From Rhynchobatus australiae (Eukaryota): 64,000 nt of DNA. The position numbers and the translations under genes are program-made. Positions 24,070 through 36,739 of the stretch are shown here, one piece after another. The DNA lies in the NCBI GenBank assembly GCA_034780895.1, contig JAUZTB010000064.1:119291215-119355214 (forward strand), written 5' to 3'. Every line of letters starts with the position of its first letter. The stretch's first letter is position 1. A model generated the notes under the pieces. That model saw only the letters and a list, made by a program, of their open reading frames with translations, had not been told where the DNA came from and did no database searches.

Positions 24070-25200
24070 TCAGATCGCGCACATGTTTCATTTACCTCCT
24101 TGCACGGGATCAAATACACAAGTACGTTGTGAGACTCTGCCACTGTCCCCCTCCAAAATGCCAGGAAATCATTCTGTCCGCGGCAACAATTCGGATTACC
24201 ATCGTGGTCAACCAACCCGCATATTTAAATTACATCATCTATTTCAATCCAATGAAACGGTTGGAGTAACACAAGCGCCAATTGTTGCCACGTCGGAGGC
24301 GGGACCTCCTGTTGTCCATTTAGATTGATCTCCTACGAAAGCAACTCAATCCTTCTTTGAATTGCAGGTTCACGGATAAATTTTGGTAGAGAGTGTAGGG
24401 CGGAAGGCTATTTTATGAAAAAAAAGCACATAAAACGAACGCCCGATTTCCCAAAGAGAGAAACAAAACAAGTTTTCGTCAAACGGATACAGTTCTCGAA
24501 AGTGGACGTTCCAAAATAGAACACCGGGGTCCGCAAGGATCTAGTTAAGAACGTTAAATTAGCGATGTCGTTCTATTTTCGAACGTTGGTCTGGAAAAAA
24601 TTCCTCCAACAGCACTGAGGGCTGATGTTGGGATTGTGATCTCTGAAACTGCTGCCCGTCCTACTGTTTTAACATTAAGATAATATTGTTGCTGATCACG
24701 AGAAAAGAAATCCGTCCCTAAACCTTGTCATCCTTTTGAACAATTAATAGTTTATAAAATCCCGTGACATCCACGAATTATATTTCTTCCTGTTCTATTT
24801 TTTTAAAAAAAGAGGTTGTAAACAAACTTGTTCTGAAGAGGCAAATCGCTGCTTTATTTCCAACTGATAAATATGGTAGTTAAATAACTGTCCATATCAA
24901 GGGAAATTGGTAACATTTCACTTAAAATCGTTGATTGGGTTAATTCTGATATTTTGTTTGCAAAATTTCCGCGCCTTTTTATAATAACATTGGAAAACGA
25001 CCCGCGAGAAAATCAGATGACGTTGAGTAGAATTTCGAAATATGGTTGGTGGGTGATGCAAATCAGCTGATTGTTTTTCCCATCTTCGCCTCTCAGCCAG
25101 TGGAATAATTTCTGGGAAAGGGGATTTTTTTTTGGTTGGTTTGACGTTGTGTTGCTGTGTGAGAATCTGGGAGCTGTGACCTGGATTTAGCCTATCAAGC
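24070..25200 (+). promoter_or_regulatory. CpG-enriched, repeat-free candidate promoter
   Basis: Visibly higher CpG density than the CpG-depleted flanks despite being AT-rich. Motifs: ATTGG near 24934, TGACGT near 25018 and 25142, palindrome aatcagctgatt near 25062-25073, TTCTGGGAA near 25110. Lies directly upstream of a GA-rich tract and a splice donor. Confidence 0.55.
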
Positions 25201-25454
25201 CCGTGGAGAGAGGGAGAGAGAGAAAGAGAAACAGGGTGGGAGGACAGGCAGCATTAAGTGTGCTTCATTCTCTCTGTGTAAACCGAAACCTCGGGCTTGT
25301 CTGGGGAACTAGGGAATCGGCAACAACCCAGGCCGTGCATAGTTGAACCTTTACACGGTACATATACAGATCCATAACCTGGAGTCATCGCAGAACAACA
25401 CAACACAGCCCTTTTCCACTTGGATTTGGATCTGTTTTGAAAGCCCTGTGAGAG
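25200..25454 (+). other. Candidate non-coding first exon (start approximate) of a SAMD11 transcript
   Basis: Ends in consensus donor GAG|GTAAGA (GT at 25455-25456), same strand as the SAMD11 exon. The frame that would join exon 62385 has a TGA just upstream, so it would be 5' UTR. Confidence 0.5.
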
Positions 25455-27224
25455 GTAAGAAAGCGGCTTCAGCTCGTTTCACTTACACACACCGTACAGT
25501 TTGGGGGAATTGGCCAAATGTGATCAGCTTATGTGTAACTTGTTTCTACTCTAAAGTTAAGCGAACCTTTCGGGCTGTTTATAGATTTGAAACATTATAC
25601 AGTTTTGTATTCGGAAGTTGCCCGGGCTTTGGTTTCGATTCAGCTGAATACTGTCTGCTGAGTTTTGCTTGCAATGAACTGTTGTAATTCGTTTTTATTT
25701 CTGACCAAGGCCTAGGGAGAAAGATGATCTTCCCCACCCCTTCGGCTCCTCAACCGGCGGACAACGTGGTGAAAATGAAAGTCACCACTCAACCCCCCCC
25801 CACCCCTTTGAAAAATTTTAAACATGTATTTCTGTGGGTGTATATAAATTTGTTTCGAATCCTGAATGTCAGTGCAACAGGACTTGTAAAGTTGCTGCGG
25901 TACAGTTAATATTTTAAAAGGGAAAATGACAGCCCCTTTGAAACCTGAAGAGTTTGTTATGGTAGCAGAGATTTGCCTTTCTGATCTGGCCCTCCAATTT
26001 GTGAAGTAGCCCTAACAGAACATTTGTAACTTCTGCATTTTTGTCGGGCTCTGCTGTGTAGTAGTTCACTTTTAATTTGAGATTGCTGTTAGCTTTCATT
26101 TGGGCACATTGTAAATAAATGCANNNNNNNNNCTAGAACTGGATCGAGCAACTGATTTTTGGAATGCTTTCTATGGTAAATGATGGAACAGATCTAAAAG
26201 GAATGCTATTAACCAGACAACTCCTGCAAAATCAGTAAATCTAGTATGTTCCTAATTTTATTTAAAGGGAAGAAATGAGGTTATTTTTGGAACGGCATTC
26301 AATATATTAAAATTTTTTAATGTAATTGTTGGAGCTTGTGAGCTTGGCTGCACTGTTCTAATCCAACTGGAGGGATATACTTTAGCTATTGAATGCTAAT
26401 ATTGTTTATACCCAAGTCAATCATCTTGGTGTATTGAGAGTATTTTAGTGTTTTATTGGAAACTAATGTTGGAGTATGATTGGCTCAGTGACGTGCTACA
26501 GACAGGCTATGGAAAATAATGCATATCTATGTTATGTTTTTAAACGTCCAGTTGATTGCAATGTAGTCAGTAGATGTATTCTGAAACCATTTCAATGAAA
26601 TATTTAGTGCTGGTAGCTTTTATGAGCTCTAGTAAGTGAGGCAAGTAAGTTTCTTTGAAACAGAAATCAAAGCAATTATGAGTTGTTCTGTCAAGCAACA
26701 GCATTTAATTCTCAACACTAGATAAGGTCAGTTGCAGATTAACTGAAAGGGCTCAAGAAAGAAAGACCGTACTGATATTTCTTTGGCTCCCACCCATCAG
26801 ATATGTTGTGCAATTTATGTACAATAACTGCAGTATTCACATCTTAATACAGAACTGACTTAAAATGATCTTAATGGGTATCTTCATAACATTGTATTCA
26901 TTGCATCCCCAAGAAAATACAAAGGTTGTATTTACATAGCATTTTTTTTATTAGATTGCTTGGGGATCGCAACACATACAACTAATTTTTTTTTGGAGTG
27001 TGGTGCATTGTGTAAAGGTTAATTTCAAATCTGAGACTGGTTACCAAAGATATTAAAGGTTATTTGTATTTTAAGATGGGACACTGTTTTATCCCACAAA
27101 TGCTGTGAGACCAACTAATCTGTAATTATTGGATTTGGCCAAGGAAGTTGTATTGGGAGAGTTGTTTGCTCATTGAACGTATCATGCTTGATATTTGAAT
27201 GCTTGCTTGAATATCCAAAATAGA

Positions 27225-27340
27225 TAGACTGGATAGAGAAATGGAGGGCTATGCAGGAGGGAAGGGTTGGATAGATCTTGGAGCAGGTTAAAATGTTGGC
27301 ATGACATTGTGTGCCGAAGGGCCTATGCTGTGATGTTCTA
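27225..27340 (+). mobile_element. CR1 3' tail
   Basis: atggagggctatgcaggagggaagggttggatagatc...acattgtgtgccgaagggcct; reverse of the 31735-31850 type tail. Confidence 0.65.
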
Positions 27341-27689
27341 GGGATTGAATCCATTGTTTCTGAAGCTCCATTCAGAACCATATTGCTGCTGGTGGAGCAA
27401 GTGGAGTAGTAAAATAGCGATAGAAGAAACTGCAAATTGCTGGAATCTGGGTTTTGTTGTTGGATGTTAAATGGTTGGTTAAAATTGTTTATCTTCACTG
27501 CCAATGCTTCAGTTTCATTTTTATAAGAGGTCTGAAAAGACTTGGGAGAGGGTGTCGATTGGGGAGGGATTACTTTGGGGGTGGGTCTGTGTGATCATTG
27601 AAGTGTTCTAAGTATGTACAGAAATAAACAAAAGACTGAACATTGTTATTTGATATCTAGATTGATCAGGAAGGCTCTAGTTATACAAA

Positions 27690-28220
27690 GCTGTATGTGA
27701 TCTCACTCAGAATATTGTGAGCAAATTGGGCTCCATATCTTGGGTTAGGTGCAGAAGCAAAATGCTGCTGATACCAGAAATCTGAGATAAAAAACACAAA
27801 GTCAGTAACACTTAAGTTGGGCAGCATCTGCAGAGAACAAAATAAAACTAACGTGTTGATTCAATTACCTTTTTATCTGGAAGGATATATTGACCTTGGA
27901 AGTGCAATGCACATTGATAAGCATGTCTCCAAGGGGTTAAGTTATGAAGAGAGAATGCAGAATTTGGGTAGAAGCAAACCATTTCTCCTGTTCATGGACT
28001 GAGGAATATTCTACAAATTTAGAGCCAAACTTTTCAGCACAGAAATAAGGCAGAAGTTGATAGAGATTTTGAAACTCTTTCTTAACTGTCAATTGATAGT
28101 AGGTCAGTTAGCTTTTTTGTCATTAAAGGCAATGAGGTGTATGGAGTAATGATGGGTTTGTGCAATTAAGCTACAGATCATTTGTGTTTAATCCCGCTGA
28201 ATGGTGTTCTTCTGTTCCTG
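27690..28220 (+). mobile_element. Old CR1 3' fragment with nested PLE terminus (about 27755-27865, minus)
   Basis: aaggggttaagttatgaagagaga (GLSYEER); nested tgctgataccagaaatctgagataaaaaac...ggcagcatctgcagag. Confidence 0.5.
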
Positions 28221-30409
28221 TGCTTTTGCCTATACCTCGTCAGATAATTATTTTTTATACATAAAGATCCACTGAACTGAGATAAAAGCTATTATTGATT
28301 TCAAAGTAGGACCACTTGTACTGGTTGCAATTTTTTAAAAGAAGTATATTCACAGTGCAGAATGTATATCTGGTGTAGTGCTATGCAATTGGTATTGGCA
28401 GATTGTTCTCAAGGAAATGCTCTCAGTAATTGCAAGCTTGAAATTGTCTTGGCATTCATTATAGAGTAAAATATTAATGTTAAAAATGTTTGAACCATTA
28501 AGTGGCTATGACCAAAATGTTGCTTTGGAGTTGTTTTGATTGCATCCTTCAATCTGTGCAGGGTGCACAAGAAGATGAGAAAGTAGGAGCAGGAGTTGGT
28601 CACTTGGTTCATCAAGCCTGCCTCACCATTCACTATGATGATGACGGATCTGCCCCAAGCCTCAACTCCTCTTCTGTCCTAGTTCCCGGTAGCCCTGAAT
28701 TGCCCATTTGTATTTAGGTTTTTGAGTTGTTTGTCAAGTGTGACTTAACAAATATGTTGGGAATATAACGGTAAAACTGCATAGGCATGGACTTCTGTAA
28801 TCCCTTTCATTAGTTCCAGAAGCTTGAATTGGGCACTGTGTGTCAATACAGAAATAGTTTGCAGAACCTTTAGCTGTGGAGGTTGTTGACAGTTGTGCGT
28901 TTTGGCCCATTGTAGAAAACCCACAAGGTCCGTTGTAAGAATAAGGTCTATGGAACCTCAATATATTTTTGGGTGGGGGGGAGTCTTCAAAATTCTGGGT
29001 ATTTTGCCAATATTTAATGATGGACACTCTGGTGAAAGATATTACTTCATGATTTATTGTAGCTTGTGTCAGCAGGATCCTTCCTCTTGCTTCATAGTTT
29101 GAGACTAGATGCAGTTGCTGATGTGCTTGGTAGAGCTGAGAGACTGCAACTATGGATTGGAGTTCATAGATGTGGTGATGGTTTAGCTGCTGATCCTGTA
29201 AGAATAAGGCTTTGTGCTCCAGATAGATTGTCCGATCCAAGTTGTGTGATTTTTTTTTTTAAAATTCCATATTGTTTTGTAAACTGTATTCGGATATCTG
29301 GGTAAAAATTAAATTGTAAGTTTTATGATCCAATTGTCAGAAGGAAGAAATGCAGCCACTTTTTAAATGTTGTTTATCTGTGTGGATTTTGTGGCTCTAC
29401 ATATTTTTTTTCTCCCAAAGAGAATGTTTTTCTCGTTGATAAGAAATACTGATTGTGGAATGACTTTTCATTTCTAGCACTTGGTGCCAGTAGCTAAGTG
29501 ATAAAGTGGTCACTCTTCAAGTCCGCTCTCTGCCTAATTTCTGCCTACTGGAGAACTGTGGCCTTTTCCTTCTTGTTCCTTGAAAAGCCCTCCAAAGGTG
29601 GCTGATTTATTGGTGGGATACAGCCCACTTGGCCCATGTTTGGATTCACAACCCAGTTCAGGTTATGACTGGTGGAGAGAAAAATCTACTAAGTCTGCAT
29701 ATCACATCGACTGGATTTGAAGCCAGCTTTTCAGAGGGCACTGCACAANNNNNNNNNNNNNNNNNNNNNNNNNNNNNNNNNNNNNNNNNNNNNNNNNNNN
29801 NNNNNNNNNNNNNNNNNNNNNNNNNNNNNNNNNNNNNNNNNNNNNNNNACAATTTACTATAATTTCCAATGATTTCTAAGATTTAAATATCTATTATGGG
29901 CCTTGCATATGGAAACTTGAGGCTGATGCATACAGAGTATATTTTGGATGGGGCAAATTTTGGTGATGACATCAGCAGAAAGAAGTGGGCACACAGTAAA
30001 CAACATCTGTTCGATATTTGAAGAAAATCGTGTCATGTGACTTCCTCGTTCTTAGAGTTAATCATAGTAGTACATAATGGGAGGGTTTTATTTGCAGCAT
30101 TCTGCTAAAATTCCTGTAAAACTCTTAAGTTTTGGGGAAATGTTCTTAATACCATTTGAAACCCAAATAGGCAAAATAATTGTAATATTGTTATCATGTA
30201 ATGGTCTGTTCCAGATTATTCAGTAGGCTGGACTAGGCTAATCCACATTATTGTATGGTTGATCAGGAATTAAATTTAAGCCCAGGTGGTAAATTGTACT
30301 GGGGAGTGGTTTACACTCCATTCCCTGCTGACTGTCCAGTGGTGGTTCCTGTATGTCAGTTATGGTTGTATAAAGGCTGTGAAAGTGAGGTTTTTTATTC
30401 CAGTTTAAC

Positions 30410-30880
30410 ACTATTTGTTCATTTCTGCTTATTGTTTATTCATGGGATTTGGATGTCAAAGACTAAATTAGCATTTATTGACTTTGTTTAACTATTCTTG
30501 AGAAGTAAGCTGCCTCCTTGAATTGCTGTAGCCTCTAGGGTGAAGGTACTCCCACAGTGATTTTGGATTAGGAGCTCCAACATTTAGACCTAAAAACAAA
30601 ATGAAAGAATGGCAAGTCAGAATAGTGAGTGACTTGTCTTCCAAGTACCTGCTACTGCCCTTGTCATGCTCGGAGTAGAAGGGTTAAATTTTAAGTGTTT
30701 GGGGAAAAAAAAACTTAGATGGGTTGCTGAAGTGTACTTTGTGGAGGGGATGCACTGTGCTTGCCTTTGGTGGTGGATGGAGTGAATGCTGAAGTACTAG
30801 ATGGGTTGTCAATCAAGCAGGCTGCTTTGTTTTGGATCATGTTAACTACTTGAGAGCTAATGGAGCCACTGGACAGTAAT
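30410..30880 (-). mobile_element. 3' fragment of the same LINE family as 2811-6250
   Basis: tttattcatgggatttggatgtc...agcatttattg...ggtactcccacagtg...caatcaagcaggctgctttgt parallels 2815-3250. Confidence 0.65.
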
Positions 30881-31734
30881 TTCTTGTTTTTCATTGACCT
30901 CAGTTTTAATGGAGGCTGCGTTATGCCATTCAAATGTTGCCTTGATCTATTGGGCAGACACTCTCAGCTTGTTTCATGGGGAAAAAATTGAATTCCAGTG
31001 TTTGGACCAAGAGCGATGAGGTTGCAGCTGAATGATCCTGGCAAAACGCATGTAAAAATAACTGAGAATGTAAAGGTTAATGTTGCTCAGCTTGTTGTGG
31101 CCTAACCACGGCATGACTATAGTAGAGATGCATGATGTCCAGGTGTCTTGTGTAAATCAAAAAAGTAGCTAGTTAAAGGAGTATCCTGTCTTTGCGATAA
31201 GCGGTTATCCTTGGAGCCTGGAGCTGTCTGTGACTTCAGATTGTAACATGATGAACTGCTGCTGAGTTACAGAGTGCTTAAAGATAAGAAAGTAATGGAT
31301 AATGAGCAAAGAGTAAATCATTATATTTAAGCAAAAAAATACATCATTAGAATAGCTTGGTATGTAGAACTTAGCACATAGACTTCTTTGTTTTAAGTAT
31401 AAAAGAGACCCTGGGATGTGAATCTTTGAGTCGAATACAGAGCTCAGGTTACACTGTTTATACTTTCTCTGTATCCCTCACTCCCGCTAGTATTAAACTA
31501 ATAAGGCATTAATCATAAGTTCCTTGGTTCTGCTGTTGTCTGCTTTATTACAGCGTGGGTCGACTTTCACACCCAAGCCAATCTTTAGTGGGCAGGTGAT
31601 TTGTGAGTAATTCTCATTTCTCAACAAAGCTTCCATCACTGAATGACCGAAAGTAGATTGATGTCATAGTAACTGGCCAGATTCATTTTGTTCTGTTTTG
31701 TAAATGGGACATTCTCCATTCCTGACTTAACTAT

Positions 31735-32035
31735 TAGAACATAGAACACTACAGCACAGTACAGGCCCTTTGGCCCGCAATGTTGTGCTGACATTTTATC
31801 GTGCTTTAAGATCTATCTATCCCTTCCCTCCCACATAGCCCCCTATTTTTTTTAATCTATGTGTCTAAGAGTCTCTTAAATGCCCCTAGTGTATCTGTCC
31901 TCAAACCTCTGCAGGCAGTGTGTTCCACGCACCCACCACTCTGTGGATAATAAAAAAAACCTTACCCATGACATCCCCCTTATATCTTCCTCCAATCACC
32001 TTAAAATTATGTCCCCTCGTGTTAGCCATTGTTGC
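31735..32035 (-). mobile_element. CR1 3' fragment
   Basis: tagaacatagaacactacagcacagtacaggccctttggcccgcaatgttgtgc tail with (TTCTA)-type terminal repeat. Confidence 0.75.
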
Positions 32036-35000
32036 ACTATTGCAATAAATATAACTGTGTGCGGTATTGATAAGTCAATCGCCCTAACCTGCCTAAAGCA
32101 CTGAGTTGGGCCAGCACAATGGGTCCAACCTGACCTGAACCCAGATGTTTTATCAGAATGTACATCCGACTTGACCAGAACCTCTTGTCCCCACCAATGA
32201 GTTTGACTCTTTAAGTACTTTCTAAAGAGTTCACTCAGTTTGTCAGCAATTAGGAATGGACATTAAATGCTGGCCTTGGTAGCAGCACCGAGCTACTGAA
32301 TAGAAAGAATAAACAAAAAATATAATCAGATCAGATTGTGGTCTGGGCAGGTGACCAGGCTATCAGTATCAAGGAGATGCTGCTTGGAGTGACTGTGGAT
32401 AATGAGGTTTTGCTATCATCAAGTTCATTTTGAGAATTATTTTCAAAAGAGTAAATGAATTTTACTTTTGATCTGTTATTTTTGGTTCTTCCACTGATTC
32501 ACTGTTCCCTGTATATTTTCCAGAACACAGCTTGTTGGAATTGGTGGGGTGGGGGCAGGGATTGGAGCGAAGATTTGTAAATTCAGAGATCTGTGTGGTG
32601 GGGGGGGGGTGGGGGGGAAAAAGCTCTGATATTTTGAATGGACTTGTGAGAAAACTCAAAGTACCAAGAGCTGTAGAATTATATGCACTTTGTTGCTTTA
32701 TTAGAAGTGTGTGATTGAACCTAACTGAACCATGTACTTGGTAAGTAAATACCATTAAAGAACAGAACCTAAGAAATGTTCTGTAGTAGTGATCTTGGGG
32801 AACTAGCTTTAAAGCTTAAGCTGTGTTCTAATGTTAATGTTAGAACTGTGCTTCATTTGATCTCTTCAGCAGAGAACAGATCAAGGCCAGAGCAGCAATG
32901 TATTCCACTGGAGTCGTGGCAATGTGTTGTATTTTGTAATTTTTTTTCCCCTTGTATGAAACAGAAAAGGCTGAATTGAACTCTAGTCTCCAGTCTGTGG
33001 CCATGAGGTATTCATTGCTTGTGCAAACTGAAGCCTTCATTCATTTATAACACATGGCTTATGCTGCAGGAGGAGTAATTGTTTTAAACTCTAAAGAGTT
33101 GTATTATCTTTCATTAGATAGTGACTGTAGTGACTGTCCTGATCTGCAAAGAGGAGCATTTGCTCTGGGGGGGGGGTGGTGTTGGTGGATTCTTTAGAAA
33201 TCCAGTATTATTTTAATTTGGCTAAAATGAAGAATGCACATAGAATTTTGAAATGCATTCCAGATCGTAGTGAATAAGATTATGCTCCAGAACTGGAGTG
33301 TTGCAAAGCCATTCCTTTAAGTGCAGTGTCAGTGCATTCTGGAATTTGGATTTGGCTTGCTTGTCCACTTTGTGGTAGCCAGGAAGATTGCAGAGTTTTT
33401 GTATTGAACCCCTCAAATTCAAGATTCTCTTCTTCCCACCCCCACAGTCAACACCATTCTTAGTTGCCATAAATTGAACTTTAATATTTGAATATGGGCA
33501 TGAACAGCCATAACAGATCAGTCCGCTGTTACACCAGCGATGCTCAATGTGATACAGGGTCAGTGACTGGGAATACAAATATGGGTAATTATATTTCTGA
33601 ATGTTACAAATTTTTTATTTTTAAATATTAATCATAAGCACTTTAATCTTTTGTGTGCATGTGCTATTTGCTTGGCACATGGAGTCTATCTTTTCATGTT
33701 TGTTAAATATGACAATAGACAACTTTTTATTTTGATTAAGTTCTTTATTTTCTTGACTACTGAAGTGGTTATGGAAATTTGAAATAATTAGAAGCATTTT
33801 GAGTTGTGCTTATCTGCATTGTGCAAGTGAGTACACCAAAGAAGTTTTCTATTAGAATCTGTTTTGGAGTAGGTACACCTATGGCTTGTCAGAAATTCTA
33901 ATGCATTGTCTTATACCTCTGTCTAATTAGAGACGACAGGAGGAAAATTGAGAGGGTGTGTAAATGGGCTGCTGATCAGAGAATTGCCATTTTGATCTGT
34001 TCTGTGTTGTTAAGCATGACACTTTATGCCCAGAGCAATAATATTTCAGTTAACACATTGACAATCATGGTACCACTGTCAATTGGGTACCTACAGGACT
34101 AGACAAAGCTAAAACTGTGAGGTTAATTCTAGCACAGTGATATGCATGTTCTTGGGATAAGGAAACCCCCCTTGCAATAAGTATCATGTTGGTTTGGCCG
34201 AGAAGCTAAGCCTCTGGTCTTAATAGTGATTGCTGCACATTTGATGTATAGTCTTGCTCTGTCTATATTTATAGCATGCTGGTGATGAATGCATTGCACT
34301 AGTGTCAGCTGCTTGAGTGGGAGGCGGATAAGGTCTGGATCAGCAGGTCCCTGCATCTCCCCCCACGGCACTGGCAGTCTTTACAGAGTATATTTTCATC
34401 GGTCCCTCTCCTTCCCATGACCATTGAGAGTGGTGCAAGAAGAATTGTTTCCTTTGTATGATTAGCTGGATTTGCATACAAATTTAGTGATTTGTCAAAA
34501 ATATGTAAAGTTTGTTTTGCAGAAGGGAAAAGTAGCTGCTAAAATCTGTTAAGAGAGCATGTTTGTTAAGCACTTGATTGGTTTTTCCAAATTGCTGAGG
34601 GTTGCATGGATCAGAGTTTTAACGTGACAAGGTTACAGGTTGGATGAGACAGTTGGAAATGACATACTTGGGTTGTGGCTTGTGTTGATGCATTCTGGAA
34701 ACAAGGTATTTGTACCAATCATATTGGAATTCTGAAACTCCAGATAAAATATTACAAGAGGTATAGCAAATGTAGAACCTTTTTAAAATTGAGTGTAATC
34801 TGCCTGAATGTCAAATTGGACAATTGGTGAGCTGGAGAAAATCTAGATATAAGAAGTGCTTCAGAACAGTAGAAGTGTTTTAATATTCTCATTAAAACTG
34901 AGACCAAATACTATCTATTAAATGTATTGATATTTCACAAAATGTATAGAATACAAAGCCTAGACACACTGCATAATTTTGGCTGCAACAGTAATAAAGC

Positions 35001-35109
35001 TGTGAGAAATGTTTAATTTCTCCTGCCTTTCGTTCTGTGAGAACATGTCTGTGTTGTATGCAAGACCGGGATCTTGCTGTTGGGCCTTTGTTAATACAAC
35101 TTGAAATTG

Positions 35110-35440
35110 AAACCACAATGCTGGAAGAAGTTAGTGGGTCAAGCAGCACCTGTGGAGGCAAAATGTGTATATTGATGTTTCAGGTGAGATTCTTAACATT
35201 CAGGACAGAGAGGGAAGATGACCATTACAAGGGAGTGGTGGGCAAGAGGTTGGTAGGTGATAGGTGGAACCAGAAAGCGGGGGGGCAGGTGGTGGGATGA
35301 TGGGCAGAAGTGGATGGGAAAGGTGAACTAAGGGAGAAGAAACGTCTGTGGACAGGTGAGTGTGTGGGGGAGGAGAACACAGTGTGTGAGTTACCTGGAA
35401 TTGGAAAATTCAATGTTCTTACCTTTTGGGTTGTAACTGA
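35110..35440 (-). mobile_element. PLE 3' fragment including the end of the ORF
   Basis: Minus strand 35436-35391 reads LQP(fs)KGKNIEFSNSR*, resembling the recalled C-terminus after the GIY-YIG domain of vertebrate PLEs (LQP.G.NIEFSNFR*); followed by pyrimidine-rich UTR and the common terminus. This links the recurrent terminus to PLEs. Confidence 0.7.
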
Positions 35441-36094
35441 TTTGAAGGTGGTACCAAGGGTTTAAAAAGAATCAGAACTCTGTTTGATTTATCCCTGCTC
35501 TTTAAATCAATTCAGAGCTCTGATTTTTTTTTAACCCTTGGTTCCATTTAGGCCCAAAAGATTCTTAAAGCAGGAAAAATGTGTCAAGGGTTAACCTCCC
35601 CTCCCTTCTTTGATATGTCAACGTTTGTGGTTATTGCTTGTTCTTGATACCTTTGGTCTATGACTCATAGCTGTTTTCCTAGGCACAGTTGGCAGGTTAT
35701 TGAGTCTGGTGACAAACCAAGGCTGATGTTGTATTTATCTACTGTTTCCCACACATGCACACGCGTTTGAAGAAATTAATCAAGAATGAGAATTCTATGC
35801 TTTTTTTTGGAAGCTTTCCAAACAAGACCAGGAATCATGGTCTGGCTCTGGAGTTGCCTGTTTCTTTGGCTGTATCACAACTCATTGTTCTTTATCATTT
35901 TGTTGAGTCATTTCTCTTGGCTGTTTTTCAGATCACAGGGATTACTGTAAATTGCTTGTCATGAGGAGCTATTGTGTTTACTCTTGTTCACCATTAGACT
36001 ACATTGTATGGTGTAAAATGTGAAACTTTTGTACCAAGTGATTGTAACAGCCACTTCTAAAATAGTATATTCTAAAGTGAGCTGACACTAGTAA

Positions 36095-36195
36095 ATTCTG
36101 ATGAAAAGTCATCAACCTGAATCACTGACTTTCTCTCCCCACAGATGTTGCCTGACCTCCTTAGCATCTCCAGCATATTTTATTTTCATTTGTGA
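36095..36195 (+). mobile_element. Old PLE 3' terminus
   Basis: ttCTGATGAaaagtcatcaacctgaa...cacagatgttgcctgacct. Confidence 0.55.
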
Positions 36196-36321
36196 ATCTG
36201 GTGTAATTGTGAGGAAATGTTTGTGGAGATCTGAGGAGAATTGTTTGAGCTATTTCTTCCACAAGGCAACATTTCTTGTGTGGATGACAGTAAAGAAGGT
36301 GAGACAGATAAATTGGACGCA

Positions 36322-36406
36322 CAGAGGTCCCGATGCAGGGTTTTCCTTTCTTCCCACAGATGCTACTCAACCTGCTGAGTTCCTCCAGCAGATTATTTGT
36401 TGCTCA
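36322..36406 (+). mobile_element. Short PLE terminus with 14-bp imperfect TSD
   Basis: Flanked by ataaattggacgca (36308-36321) and ataaactggatgca (36407-36420). Confidence 0.65.
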
Positions 36407-36739
36407 ATAAACTGGATGCATTTGTTTACTAAAGGTGCTAAGATAACTATTTTAAATTTTTGTGGTGACCTTTGATCAGGATTACATTATGCAAGTATTG
36501 TTTTGAGATTAAGAAGGTGGTCTGGAGCCCACAATGGGGCAAGAGAAGTCAGAACAACTCATTTGCTCATCTTCTGCATTTATTTTTGCTTTAATTTGTA
36601 ATATCTGGGTCATTTGACATTTTATTCACAAGTATGTCATTTTGAGTTCTTCTAACCATAATGTGGCATGATTTTCTGGTCTTAGTGTGGTATGATATGT
36701 AATCTGATCTCAGGATGTACATTTGTCTGAATAATACTA

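Noticed and set aside
28734-29240. 168-aa minus ORF and a 13-bp repeat tgtaagaataagg near 28935 and 29197
   Set aside because: No recognisable protein motif; a single 13-mer pair is not enough to define an element.
32050-32185. acctgacctgaaccc / ccgacttgacc motifs reminiscent of hAT subterminal repeats
   Set aside because: No TIRs or 8-bp TSD identifiable.
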